Shown here one piece after another: positions 56,561 to 64,000 of a stretch of DNA of 64,000 bases (positions are counted from its first letter, which is position 1; every line of letters begins with the position of its first letter). The DNA is from Candidatus Dormiibacterota bacterium. GTDB lineage: Bacteria > Chloroflexota > Dormibacteria > Aeolococcales > Aeolococcaceae. The stretch lies in assembly GCA_036276135.1 (NCBI GenBank), contig DATBEL010000096.1, forward strand, positions 387-64,386. Reading direction: 5' to 3'. Under the pieces are notes generated by a model that searched no databases, was not told the origin of the DNA, and was given only the letters and a program-made list of their open reading frames with translations. The position numbers and the translations under genes are program-made.

Positions 56561-57640
56561 GTGGTGTCCCGCCGCCGTCGCCCCGTCGACAACGACGCCG
56601 CCGTCTCGGCGCGCGCCGCGGGATTGCGGTACGTCAGCGACGCCTCCCCGGGGATCCGGCGTGAGGCCAGGCCCGGCGGTGGGTTTCGCTACATCGGCAC
56701 GGATGGCAGGGCCATCCGGCGGGCGGCGGAATTGCAGCGCATCGCCCACCTCGCCGTGCCTCCGGCGTGGACCGACGTGTGGATCTGCCCGCACGCCAAT
56801 GGCCACATCCAGGCGACCGGCCGCGACGCGCGGCGCCGCAAGCAGTACCGCTACCACGATCGTTGGCGGGAGGCGCGCGACGCCACCAAGTACGAACGCA
56901 CGCTTGCGTTCGGCGAAGCGCTGCCTCGCATCCGCGCCCAGGTTGACCGTGACCTGCGGCGCCCCGACCTGTCACGCGAGCGCGTGCTCGCGCTGGTCGT
57001 CCGCCTGCTCGACGCCACCTATATCCGCGTGGGCAACGAGGAGTACGCCCGCGAGAACAGGTCGTTCGGCCTGACCACGATGCGCGAGCGCCACGTCGAG
57101 GTGGAGGGCAGCAAGGTCCGCTTCCAGTTCCGGGGCAAGAGCGGCAGGGCGCACGTCGTCGACCTCCGGGACGCCAGGGTGGCACGGGCGATCACGCGAC
57201 TCGAGGAGCTCCCCGGCCAGGTGCTCTTCCAGTGGCTCGACGAGGACGACGACGTGCACGGAGTGGAATCGGACGACGTGAATGCGTACATTCGCGACGC
57301 CGCCGGCGACGACTTCACCGCCAAGGACTTCCGGACCTGGGCGGGCACTGTGCTGGCGGCGTGGGCTCTCCAGGAGCTCGGCGAGCACGCCTCGAAGGCG
57401 CAGGCCAAGCGACAGGTCGTCGACGCAGTCGGGTCGGTGGCGCGGCACCTCGGCAACACCTCGGCGGTGTGCCGGCGCTGCTACGTGCACCCGGAGGTGA
57501 TCAGCGCACATCTCGACGGGGAGCTGCTCAACAACATCGGGCAGCGCGCCGAGGAGACGCTGGCAGGCGCGCTGGATGACTTGAGCCCCGCCGAGGCCGC
57601 CGTGCTCGCCTTCCTGCGCCGCCGCATCGCGCCGGCCTAG
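56561..57640 (+). CDS. DNA topoisomerase IB (poxvirus-like bacterial type)
   Basis: GLRYVSD, WTDVWICP...GHIQATGRDARRRKQYRYH, FGLTTMRERHV, FRGKSG, TAKDFRTWAGT and LGNTSAVCRRCYVHP (catalytic Tyr context) are all present. Confidence 0.85.
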   Translation: MVSRRRRPVDNDAAVSARAAGLRYVSDASPGIRREARPGGGFRYIGTDGRAIRRAAELQRIAHLAVPPAWTDVWICPHANGHIQATGRDARRRKQYRYHDRWREARDATKYERTLAFGEALPRIRAQVDRDLRRPDLSRERVLALVVRLLDATYIRVGNEEYARENRSFGLTTMRERHVEVEGSKVRFQFRGKSGRAHVVDLRDARVARAITRLEELPGQVLFQWLDEDDDVHGVESDDVNAYIRDAAGDDFTAKDFRTWAGTVLAAWALQELGEHASKAQAKRQVVDAVGSVARHLGNTSAVCRRCYVHPEVISAHLDGELLNNIGQRAEETLAGALDDLSPAEAAVLAFLRRRIAPA

Positions 57641-57651
57641 AGTGGCGCCGG

Positions 57652-58431
57652 ATGAGCGTCCAGACCGACTACGTCACCTACCTGCGCATCGACGCCCTGC
57701 TCGACCTCCAACAGCCGCTCACCGGCGGTGCACACGACGAGATGCTCTTCATCGTCGTCCACCAGGTGTACGAGCTCTGGTTCAAGCTCATCCTCCACGA
57801 GCTCGACGCCACCGCCGCAGCGCTCGACGAGGGCAGACCCCACGCGGCCCTGGCGCCGATGCGCCGTGCGGTCGACGTCGAGGAGCTGCTCATCCAGCAA
57901 CTGCGCGTGCTGGAGCACATGAGCCCCGACGGCTTCATGCAGTTCCGCGATCCGCTGGCGCCGGCATCCGGCTTCCAATCGACGCAGTTTCGTGAGATCG
58001 AGGCCGTGTCAGGTGTCGGGGATCGCCGCCATCTCGCGGACGCCGGCCGGACCGAGCTGCAGCGCAGCCAGCTTCTCGCCCGCCTGGAGCGTCGGTCGCT
58101 CTATGACGCTCTGGGGTCGGCGCTCCGCGCCGGCGGGCTCGACTTCCCGCCCGGCGGCGAGGACGCGTCCCGCGAGCGCCGGCTCACCGCGCTGGCGTCG
58201 CTGTACCGCGGCCACGATGACCCGGTGCGCACCACCCTGCACCAACTCTGTGAGCTGTTCGTCGACCATGACGAGACCATCGCCCGCTGGCGCCACCATC
58301 ACGCCCTGATGGCGGCCAGGGAGATCGGCAGCCGCAGCGGCACCGGCGGAAGCCTCGGCGTCGCGTACCTGCAGTCAACGCTGGATCGTCGCTTCTTTCC
58401 CGAGCTGTGGGAGGTGCGCAACCGGCTGTGA
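57652..58431 (+). CDS. kynA: Tryptophan 2,3-dioxygenase
   Basis: YLRIDALLDLQ, EMLFIVVHQVYELWFKLILHE and GTGGSLGVAYL. Confidence 0.85.
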   Translation: MSVQTDYVTYLRIDALLDLQQPLTGGAHDEMLFIVVHQVYELWFKLILHELDATAAALDEGRPHAALAPMRRAVDVEELLIQQLRVLEHMSPDGFMQFRDPLAPASGFQSTQFREIEAVSGVGDRRHLADAGRTELQRSQLLARLERRSLYDALGSALRAGGLDFPPGGEDASRERRLTALASLYRGHDDPVRTTLHQLCELFVDHDETIARWRHHHALMAAREIGSRSGTGGSLGVAYLQSTLDRRFFPELWEVRNRL

Positions 58432-59666
58432 GCGTGAGCATCGAGCGCGAGGCCTGCGTCGAACGCGACGCGCGTGACCCACTGGCACGCGTGCGTGAGC
58501 GCTTCGTCATTCCTGACGGGCTGGTCTACCTCGACGGCAACTCCCTTGGCGCCCTGCCGGCCGCAACCGCCGGGGCCGTCGCCGCGACGGTCGAGCGGCA
58601 GTGGGGGGAGGGGCTGATCCGCAGCTGGAACGACGGGGGCTGGATTGACGCGCCGCAGCGCGTCGGCGCCAAGATCGCGCGCCTGATCGGTGCCGACGAG
58701 GATGAGGTCGTCGCCGCCGACAGCACATCGGTCTGCCTCTTCAAGGTGGTGTGCGCGGCGCTGGCGATGCAGCCGGGACGCTCGGTGGTGCTCACCGAGC
58801 AGGAGAACTTCCACACCGACCTCTACGTCGCCGCCGGGGCGGCCCGGCTGTGCGGGGCCACTCTGCGGGCGGTGCCGCGGGCGCGCCTCCTCGAGTCGCT
58901 GGGGGACGACGTCGCGCTGACGCTGATCACCCACGTCGATTTCCGCACCGGCTTCATGCACGACATGAGAGCGGTCAGCGACGCCGTGCACTCCGCCGGC
59001 GCGCTGGCGGTGTGGGACCTGTCACACAGCGTGGGTGCGGTGCCTCTGCGAATCGACGACGACGGCGCCGACATGGCGACCGGATGCGGGTACAAGTACC
59101 TCAACGGTGGGCCCGGCGCACCGGCGTTCCTGCACGTGCGCAGCCACCTGCACGACCAGATCCGCAATCCCCTGCCGGGATGGCTCGGCCATGCCGCCCC
59201 GTTCGCGTTCGAGCCCGAGTACCGACCGGCGCGCGGGATCACCTCGATGCTCTCCGGGACGCCGCCCACGCTCGAGCTGACCGCGCTCGAATCCGGCGTC
59301 GATCTCTGGCTCGAGCAGGACATGGCGGCGGCGCGGCTGAAGTCGATCGCGCTCGTCGACCTGTTCATCGCCCTGGTCGAGGAACGCTGCGCGGGCATGG
59401 GGTTCGAGCTGGCGTCGCCGCGCGACTCGCGGCGCCGCGGCTCGCAGGCATCGTTCCGCCACGCCAACGGCTACGGCGTGATCCGCGGCCTCATCGAGCG
59501 CGACGTCATCGGCGACTTCAGGGCGCCCGACATCTGCCGTTTCGGTTTCGCGCCGCTCTACGTGCGCTACGTGGACGTCTGGGACGCGGTCGACCGGCTC
59601 CACGACATGATGCTCAGCGGCGCCCACCTCGATGAGCGGTTCGCCGAGCGCGCCGCCGTCACCTGA
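58428..59666 (+). CDS. kynU: Kynureninase
   Basis: GTG 58428 overlaps the kynA stop (GTGA). Motifs are YLDGNSLGA, WDLSHSVGAVPL and GCGYKYLNGGPGAP (PLP Lys). Confidence 0.9.
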   Translation: MSVSIEREACVERDARDPLARVRERFVIPDGLVYLDGNSLGALPAATAGAVAATVERQWGEGLIRSWNDGGWIDAPQRVGAKIARLIGADEDEVVAADSTSVCLFKVVCAALAMQPGRSVVLTEQENFHTDLYVAAGAARLCGATLRAVPRARLLESLGDDVALTLITHVDFRTGFMHDMRAVSDAVHSAGALAVWDLSHSVGAVPLRIDDDGADMATGCGYKYLNGGPGAPAFLHVRSHLHDQIRNPLPGWLGHAAPFAFEPEYRPARGITSMLSGTPPTLELTALESGVDLWLEQDMAAARLKSIALVDLFIALVEERCAGMGFELASPRDSRRRGSQASFRHANGYGVIRGLIERDVIGDFRAPDICRFGFAPLYVRYVDVWDAVDRLHDMMLSGAHLDERFAERAAVT

Positions 59667-59667
59667 C

Positions 59668-60417
59668 CTACGACGGGCTGCGCAATCGCCCGCCTCGCCA
59701 CGCGGAGAACGCGCTGACGGCGGCGATGAGCACCACGATCGCGATGGTGATCCGTCCGCTGTACTGACCGACCGCGTCGGCGACGTTCTCGGCAGGCTTG
59801 CCGATGATGAATCCGAGCGCCACCCAGAGGCCGATGTAGCTGAGGGTGCCGATGAAGTCGACGACGATGAACGGCAGGAACCGGATGCGCGCGTCGCCCG
59901 CGCCGAAATAGAGGAGATCGTTGGGGACAGGCAGCCAGTAGGCGAACAGGATCGTCCAGAGCCCCCAGCGCGCGAAGAACCTCTCCGCCCGAGCCGCCCT
60001 GCGGTGCCAGCGGCGGTCGTGCTTCTCGAGGTAGCCCACCAGCGGGCGCCCGTAGCGCCGCCCCGCCCAGTAGAAGAAGGGGTCGGTGAGCATGGTGATC
60101 GGGATTGGCGCCAGCAGCACCGCCCAGAGCGGCAGCCTGCCCCCGTTGGCGAAGGCGCCGGCGATGATCAGCGAGATGGTGCTGCCGCGCAGCAGCTCCG
60201 CGTACAGGGGCCGGGTGAACTGCAGCGCGGTGCCCAGGGGAATGCCCGCGTAGTAGTAGATCGATTTGGCGAGGATGGGTCCGAGGCAGAGGAAGTCCTT
60301 GGGCCCCGCGCCGTCGAGGAAGCTGGATGGAACCTGGTGCTCGTCACCGCCCGGGCCCTGACCTGGGACGTCGTCGTCGAGACCGCTCTCGTCGTCCGAC
60401 CGTGTGGTGTCGATCAC
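59668..60417 (-). CDS. DedA/VTT-domain membrane protein
   Basis: GTG 60417 overlaps the upstream stop (GTGA). An acidic N-terminus is followed by PFFYWAGRRYGRPLV...WGLWTILFAYWLP, as in the DedA family. Confidence 0.7.
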   Translation of the reverse strand: MIDTTRSDDESGLDDDVPGQGPGGDEHQVPSSFLDGAGPKDFLCLGPILAKSIYYYAGIPLGTALQFTRPLYAELLRGSTISLIIAGAFANGGRLPLWAVLLAPIPITMLTDPFFYWAGRRYGRPLVGYLEKHDRRWHRRAARAERFFARWGLWTILFAYWLPVPNDLLYFGAGDARIRFLPFIVVDFIGTLSYIGLWVALGFIIGKPAENVADAVGQYSGRITIAIVVLIAAVSAFSAWRGGRLRSPS

Positions 60418-61373
60418 GCCACGCCCTTGACCGGCAGCTCGGGTGCGCGCCGCGTCGACACCGGCGGTCGGGAGAGGATGAGCACCACGGCGACGATGAT
60501 GAGGGACGCCGCCAGCAGTGTCTGTCCGGTGATGTGCTCGCCGAGGAAGGCCCAGCCCAGGACGACGGCGACGAGCGGATTGACGTACGCATACGTCGCG
60601 ACAGCGGTGGTCGGCACCTTGCTGAGCAGCCATACATACGCGGTGTAGGCGACGAGCGAGCCGAAGACCACCAGGTAGGCGAGGGACAACGCTGAGACCA
60701 GGCTGATCCTGTCGAGGTGCAGGCTGGCCAGTTCGCCGCTGATCAGCCCGGCGACGATCAGCATCGCGCCGCCGCAGAGCATCTCCATGCCGGTGGCCAC
60801 CAGCAGGCGCTTCGGCAAGGGGCCGCGGGTCGCGTACAGGGAGCCGGTCGCCCACGACAGTGGCGATACCAGCACCAGGAGCATGTGACCGGGGTCCGCG
60901 GCGCCGCCTCCGGGGCGGAGCAGGACCGCCGTCCCGAGCAGGCCGACGCCGATGCCGACGACGGCCACCCGACGCAGACGCTGCCCGAGAAAGAGCGCGC
61001 TGAACAGGGCGATGAAGAGAGGGACGGTGGCGACCAGCAGCGCAACCGTTCCAGATGGGACGAACTGCTCGCCGTAGGCGACGCCGCCGTTGCCGCCGAG
61101 CAGCAGCAATGCGCCGGTGACCGCCGCAGCGCCCCATTGCCGGCGGCCGATCGGATCCCTCTCGCGACCGCTGCTCAAGCGAGTGGTGATGGCCAGGAGG
61201 ATGGCGCCGGCGATGATGAAGCGAATGCCTGCCATCAGCAGGGGCGGGATGGTCTCCGACGCCAGGCGGATGAACAGGTACGTGCTGCCCCAGATGACAT
61301 ACACGATGGCGAAGGCGCCGATCACCCGGCCGCCCAGGCGTTGGACGACGGTGGATCGAGCCAGGGTGGTCAC
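60414..61373 (-). CDS. EamA-family (DMT superfamily) transporter
   Basis: GTG 61373. Ten TM helices form two EamA repeats (FAIVYVIWGSTYLFIRL... and ...YAYVNPLVAVVLGWAFLGE). Confidence 0.8.
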   Translation of the reverse strand: MTTLARSTVVQRLGGRVIGAFAIVYVIWGSTYLFIRLASETIPPLLMAGIRFIIAGAILLAITTRLSSGRERDPIGRRQWGAAAVTGALLLLGGNGGVAYGEQFVPSGTVALLVATVPLFIALFSALFLGQRLRRVAVVGIGVGLLGTAVLLRPGGGAADPGHMLLVLVSPLSWATGSLYATRGPLPKRLLVATGMEMLCGGAMLIVAGLISGELASLHLDRISLVSALSLAYLVVFGSLVAYTAYVWLLSKVPTTAVATYAYVNPLVAVVLGWAFLGEHITGQTLLAASLIIVAVVLILSRPPVSTRRAPELPVKGVA

Positions 61374-61452
61374 TTCCGGCCACCCTACGGCATCGACGCG
61401 CGCCGACGGAGTCGTGGACGGCCCCCTACCATCGGTGTCTGGAGGACGTGAG

Positions 61453-62871
61453 ATGGCCATACAGGTACAGGCGATGCGCTCCGTCAATCCGGCGACGGAG
61501 GAGGAGATCGCAAGCTATCCGGTGCACTCCGAGAGTGACGTCGACGCCGCGCTGGATCGTGCGCTGGCGCGCCGGGAGGGATGGCGGGCGACGCCGATCG
61601 AGGACCGATGCCGGTTGGTGGCCGCGGTCGGCGGCCTGCTCGCGCAGCGCCGCGACCCGCTGGCGGCGCTGATCACCGCGGAGATGGGCAAGACGATTGC
61701 GGAGGCGCGTGCCGAGGTCGAGAAGTGCGCGTTCGCGTGCGAGTGGTTTGCCGAGCACGCCGCCGGTTTCCTCGCTGACGAGCCAGCCCCGAGCGACAGT
61801 CCGCGCAGCTTCGTCGCCTTCGAGCCACTGGGCACGGTGTTTGCCGGGATGCCGTGGAACTTCCCGCTCTGGCAGGTGTTCCGTTTTGCGGCGCCGGGGC
61901 TCTGCGCAGGCAACTGCGGGGTGCTCAAGCACGCCAGCAACGTCAGCGGCTGCGCTCTCGCCATCGGCGAGGTGTTCAGGGACGCCGGCGTTCCCGATGG
62001 TGTCTTCGAGGTGCTGCTGATCCCCAACCAGCGCGTCGCCGCGGTCATCGAGGACCAGCGCATCACCGCGGTCACCCTGACGGGCAGCACCGCTGCCGGG
62101 CGCAGCGTCGCCGCCGCGGCAGGGAAGAGCCTGAAGCCGGCGGTGCTCGAGCTCGGCGGATCCGACGCTTTCATCGTCCTTGAGGACGCCGACGTCGAGG
62201 AGGCCGCCACAGTGGCCGCCAGGTCGCGTTTCCAGAACGCCGGCCAGAGTTGCATCTCGGCGAAGCGATTCATCGTCGTCGACAGCGTCGCCGCCGAGTT
62301 CGAGGAGCTGCTCGTCGAACGCGCCATGGCGATGGTGGTCGGAGACCCCACGCGGGACTCGGTGACCATGGGTCCGCTGGCGCGCGGCGATCTGCGAGAC
62401 ACCATCGAGCGCCAGTTGCGCGAGTCGCTGGCCATGGGCGCAACGCTGCGATGCGGTGGCGCGCGTCCGGAGGGCCGCGGCTACTACTTCACCCCCGCCG
62501 TGGTCACCGGTTGCACCGCGGAGATGCCCGCTTTCCGCGAGGAGACCTTCGGTCCGCTTGCCGCGGTCATGCGCGTCAGTTCAGCGGATGCGGCGATCGC
62601 AGCCGCGAACAATTCAGATTTCGGGCTCGGCGGCAACATCTGGACGCGCGATGAGGAGAGGGGCCTGTCGCTGGCGCGGCGCATGGAGAGCGGTGGTGTG
62701 TTCATCAACGGCATGACACACTCCGATCCGCGCATTCCCTTCGGTGGCGTCAAGGAAAGCGGCTACGGCCGCGAGCTTGCCAGCTTCGGCATTCGCGAGT
62801 TCGTCAACGTCAAAACGATCTGGTTGCCGCAGACGGGTGCAGCGAGCGCAGGCGGTATCCTGACTGAGTGA
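61453..62871 (+). CDS. NAD(P)-dependent succinate-semialdehyde dehydrogenase-like aldehyde dehydrogenase
   Basis: ATG 61453 follows GGAGGA. Motifs are MPWNFPLWQV, LKHASNV, LELGGSD and GQSCISAKR. Confidence 0.85.
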   Translation: MAIQVQAMRSVNPATEEEIASYPVHSESDVDAALDRALARREGWRATPIEDRCRLVAAVGGLLAQRRDPLAALITAEMGKTIAEARAEVEKCAFACEWFAEHAAGFLADEPAPSDSPRSFVAFEPLGTVFAGMPWNFPLWQVFRFAAPGLCAGNCGVLKHASNVSGCALAIGEVFRDAGVPDGVFEVLLIPNQRVAAVIEDQRITAVTLTGSTAAGRSVAAAAGKSLKPAVLELGGSDAFIVLEDADVEEAATVAARSRFQNAGQSCISAKRFIVVDSVAAEFEELLVERAMAMVVGDPTRDSVTMGPLARGDLRDTIERQLRESLAMGATLRCGGARPEGRGYYFTPAVVTGCTAEMPAFREETFGPLAAVMRVSSADAAIAAANNSDFGLGGNIWTRDEERGLSLARRMESGGVFINGMTHSDPRIPFGGVKESGYGRELASFGIREFVNVKTIWLPQTGAASAGGILTE

Positions 62872-63854
62872 GCTGCAGCCGCTTCCGTGTACGTCGCAGC
62901 ACCCGCCGATTCATCGGCCTGATGATGGTGCTGGCGCTGGGCCTGGTGTGCGCCAGTGCGGCACCCCTGCTGGCACCGGCGCGCTTCGCACTCTCGTCGG
63001 ATGTGCCCGACGTCGTGGGCGTGCCCAATTCAGCCGCGGAGCTGCCGCCGGCGAGCACCGCTCCGAGCCTCATCACCGTCGTGGCGCCGCGCGGCGCGCT
63101 CACCATCCCCATCCTCGTCTACCACCACGTGCTCGAGGTGTCGCCGAGCTCGTCTGACGTCACGCTTTTCAACCTGTCGATCTCGCCGGCGATGTTCGCT
63201 CGGCAGATGGCTCTCCTCCACGTCGAGGGAGCCACGCCCATCAGCCCCGCGATGCTGATGCAGGCCCTGGCCGGCAAGCGGAGTCTGCCGCCGCATCCGG
63301 TGATGCTGACGTTCGACGACGGCTACGTGGACTTCGCGACCGCCGCCGCGCCCGTGCTGGTCCGGTACGGGTTCGTCGCCACGGACTACGTGGTCAGTGG
63401 GTTCGTCGGCCACTCGGGCTACATGACCGCCGCGCAGGTGAGGCGGATGGACGCAGAGGGACTGGTGATCGGTTCACACACCATGCATCACCTCGACCTG
63501 GCCAGCGTTTCGCCCGCGGTTGCGCTCGCGGAGATCGACGGTGGCAAGGCGGCGCTGCAGACTCTGCTCGGCCACCCCGTTCTCGACTTCGCCTACCCCT
63601 ACGGAGGATTCGACAGCGCCGTCGTGCAGCTGGTGCGCGCCGCAGGGTTCCGCGATGCGGTGACCACCATGGGGGGCGACACGCAGACGCTCGTCGGCGC
63701 CTTCGTCCTGCACCGCACCCGCATCGGCGGTGCGCTGAGCCTGGCGAGCTTCGCCGCCCGCGCCGGCCTCCCGTCGCCGACCGCGGCGCAGCTCGTGGCG
63801 ATCGACCGCGCCCCCGCGCGGCTCGCCTGGCTCGCGTCGCGGCTCGCCAACTGA
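62868..63854 (+). CDS. Polysaccharide deacetylase (NodB homology domain) with an N-terminal TM/signal anchor
   Basis: The GTG overlaps the upstream stop (GTGA). Motifs are TFDDGY, SHTMHH and FAYPYG. Confidence 0.8.
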   Translation: MSCSRFRVRRSTRRFIGLMMVLALGLVCASAAPLLAPARFALSSDVPDVVGVPNSAAELPPASTAPSLITVVAPRGALTIPILVYHHVLEVSPSSSDVTLFNLSISPAMFARQMALLHVEGATPISPAMLMQALAGKRSLPPHPVMLTFDDGYVDFATAAAPVLVRYGFVATDYVVSGFVGHSGYMTAAQVRRMDAEGLVIGSHTMHHLDLASVSPAVALAEIDGGKAALQTLLGHPVLDFAYPYGGFDSAVVQLVRAAGFRDAVTTMGGDTQTLVGAFVLHRTRIGGALSLASFAARAGLPSPTAAQLVAIDRAPARLAWLASRLAN

Positions 63855-63857
63855 GCG

Positions 63858-64000
63858 TCAGCCGGGTCGAACCGGACGCGGGGCGCCCGGGTCGTATCCC
63901 GAGCAGGTGATCACCGGCAATCGCGGGTAGCGCGGGAAGGCCGGCTCCGTCTCGGCGCGCGCGCACATCCAGAAGCGCGAGCGAGCCCCGCGAACCGTGC
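63858..64000 (-). CDS. C-terminal fragment of an unidentified CDS (5' part outside the window)
   Basis: The minus-strand frame ending in TGA at 63858-63860 reads ...RFWMCARAETEPAFPRYPRLPVITCSGYDPGAPRPVRPG* with high GC3. It is too short to assign. Confidence 0.35.
   Translation of the reverse strand, partial: TVRGARSRFWMCARAETEPAFPRYPRLPVITCSGYDPGAPRPVRPG

Noticed and set aside
55039-59666. Possible genomic island integrated at tRNA-Arg
   Set aside because: There is no integrase, recombinase or transposase gene. I could not find a direct repeat of the tRNA 3' end downstream. I see no drop in GC or change in codon style.

Overview
This is a high-GC (about 70 %) bacterial chromosomal segment with almost gap-free coding. 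I count about 61 CDS and one tRNA-Arg. I recognise no rRNA, CRISPR array, transposase, integrase or phage gene. The gene content suggests an actinobacterium or a related high-GC Terrabacteria lineage (inference only): opcA sits beside zwf, and there is a sortase with a TLxTC motif, a LigC-type minimal ATP ligase, a CxxC-x17-CxxC zinc-ribbon protein and a solitary homodimeric aceE. GTG starts and 4-nt GTGA/ATGA start-stop overlaps are also frequent. All functional calls come from my own reading of translated motifs; no searches were run. Most entries in the ORF track are antisense or off-frame shadows, or 5' read-through extensions, as expected at this GC content.

Gene blocks from left to right:
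- SPFH scaffold gene with two unknown upstream genes, then RNase HII.
- HMG-CoA lyase and a carboxyltransferase.
- HtpX, a sortase, a zinc-ribbon gene pair, and metK.
- GDP-mannose genes (manC, phosphomannomutase, cupin).
- A livJHMGF-type ABC importer followed by a GGDEF gene.
- A four-gene aminotransferase / aldehyde dehydrogenase / hydrolase / FAD-oxidoreductase operon.
- uppP, an MFS transporter, and a lipoprotein-ThpR-lipoprotein trio.
- A long minus-strand run of rpe, glgP, cbs, cgl, pepN, aceE and a 5'-3' exonuclease.
- A GAF histidine kinase.
- A translationally coupled pentose-phosphate polycistron (tkt, fused tal-pgi, gnd, zwf, opcA, pgl).
- tRNA-Arg(ACG), then BON, an ATP ligase, topoisomerase IB, kynA and kynU.
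- DedA, EamA, a succinate-semialdehyde dehydrogenase and a polysaccharide deacetylase.

The window reads as core metabolism rather than an accessory island, and I see no clear-cut new system. The best candidates for a second look are:
1. The tRNA-adjacent BON / LigC-type ligase / TopIB module.
2. The double zinc-ribbon protein with a Gly/Tyr linker, translationally coupled to a small basic-tailed protein.
3. The uncharacterised four-gene catabolic operon, which contains an alpha/beta hydrolase with a Cys at the nucleophile elbow.
4. The diguanylate cyclase appended to the amino-acid ABC importer operon.
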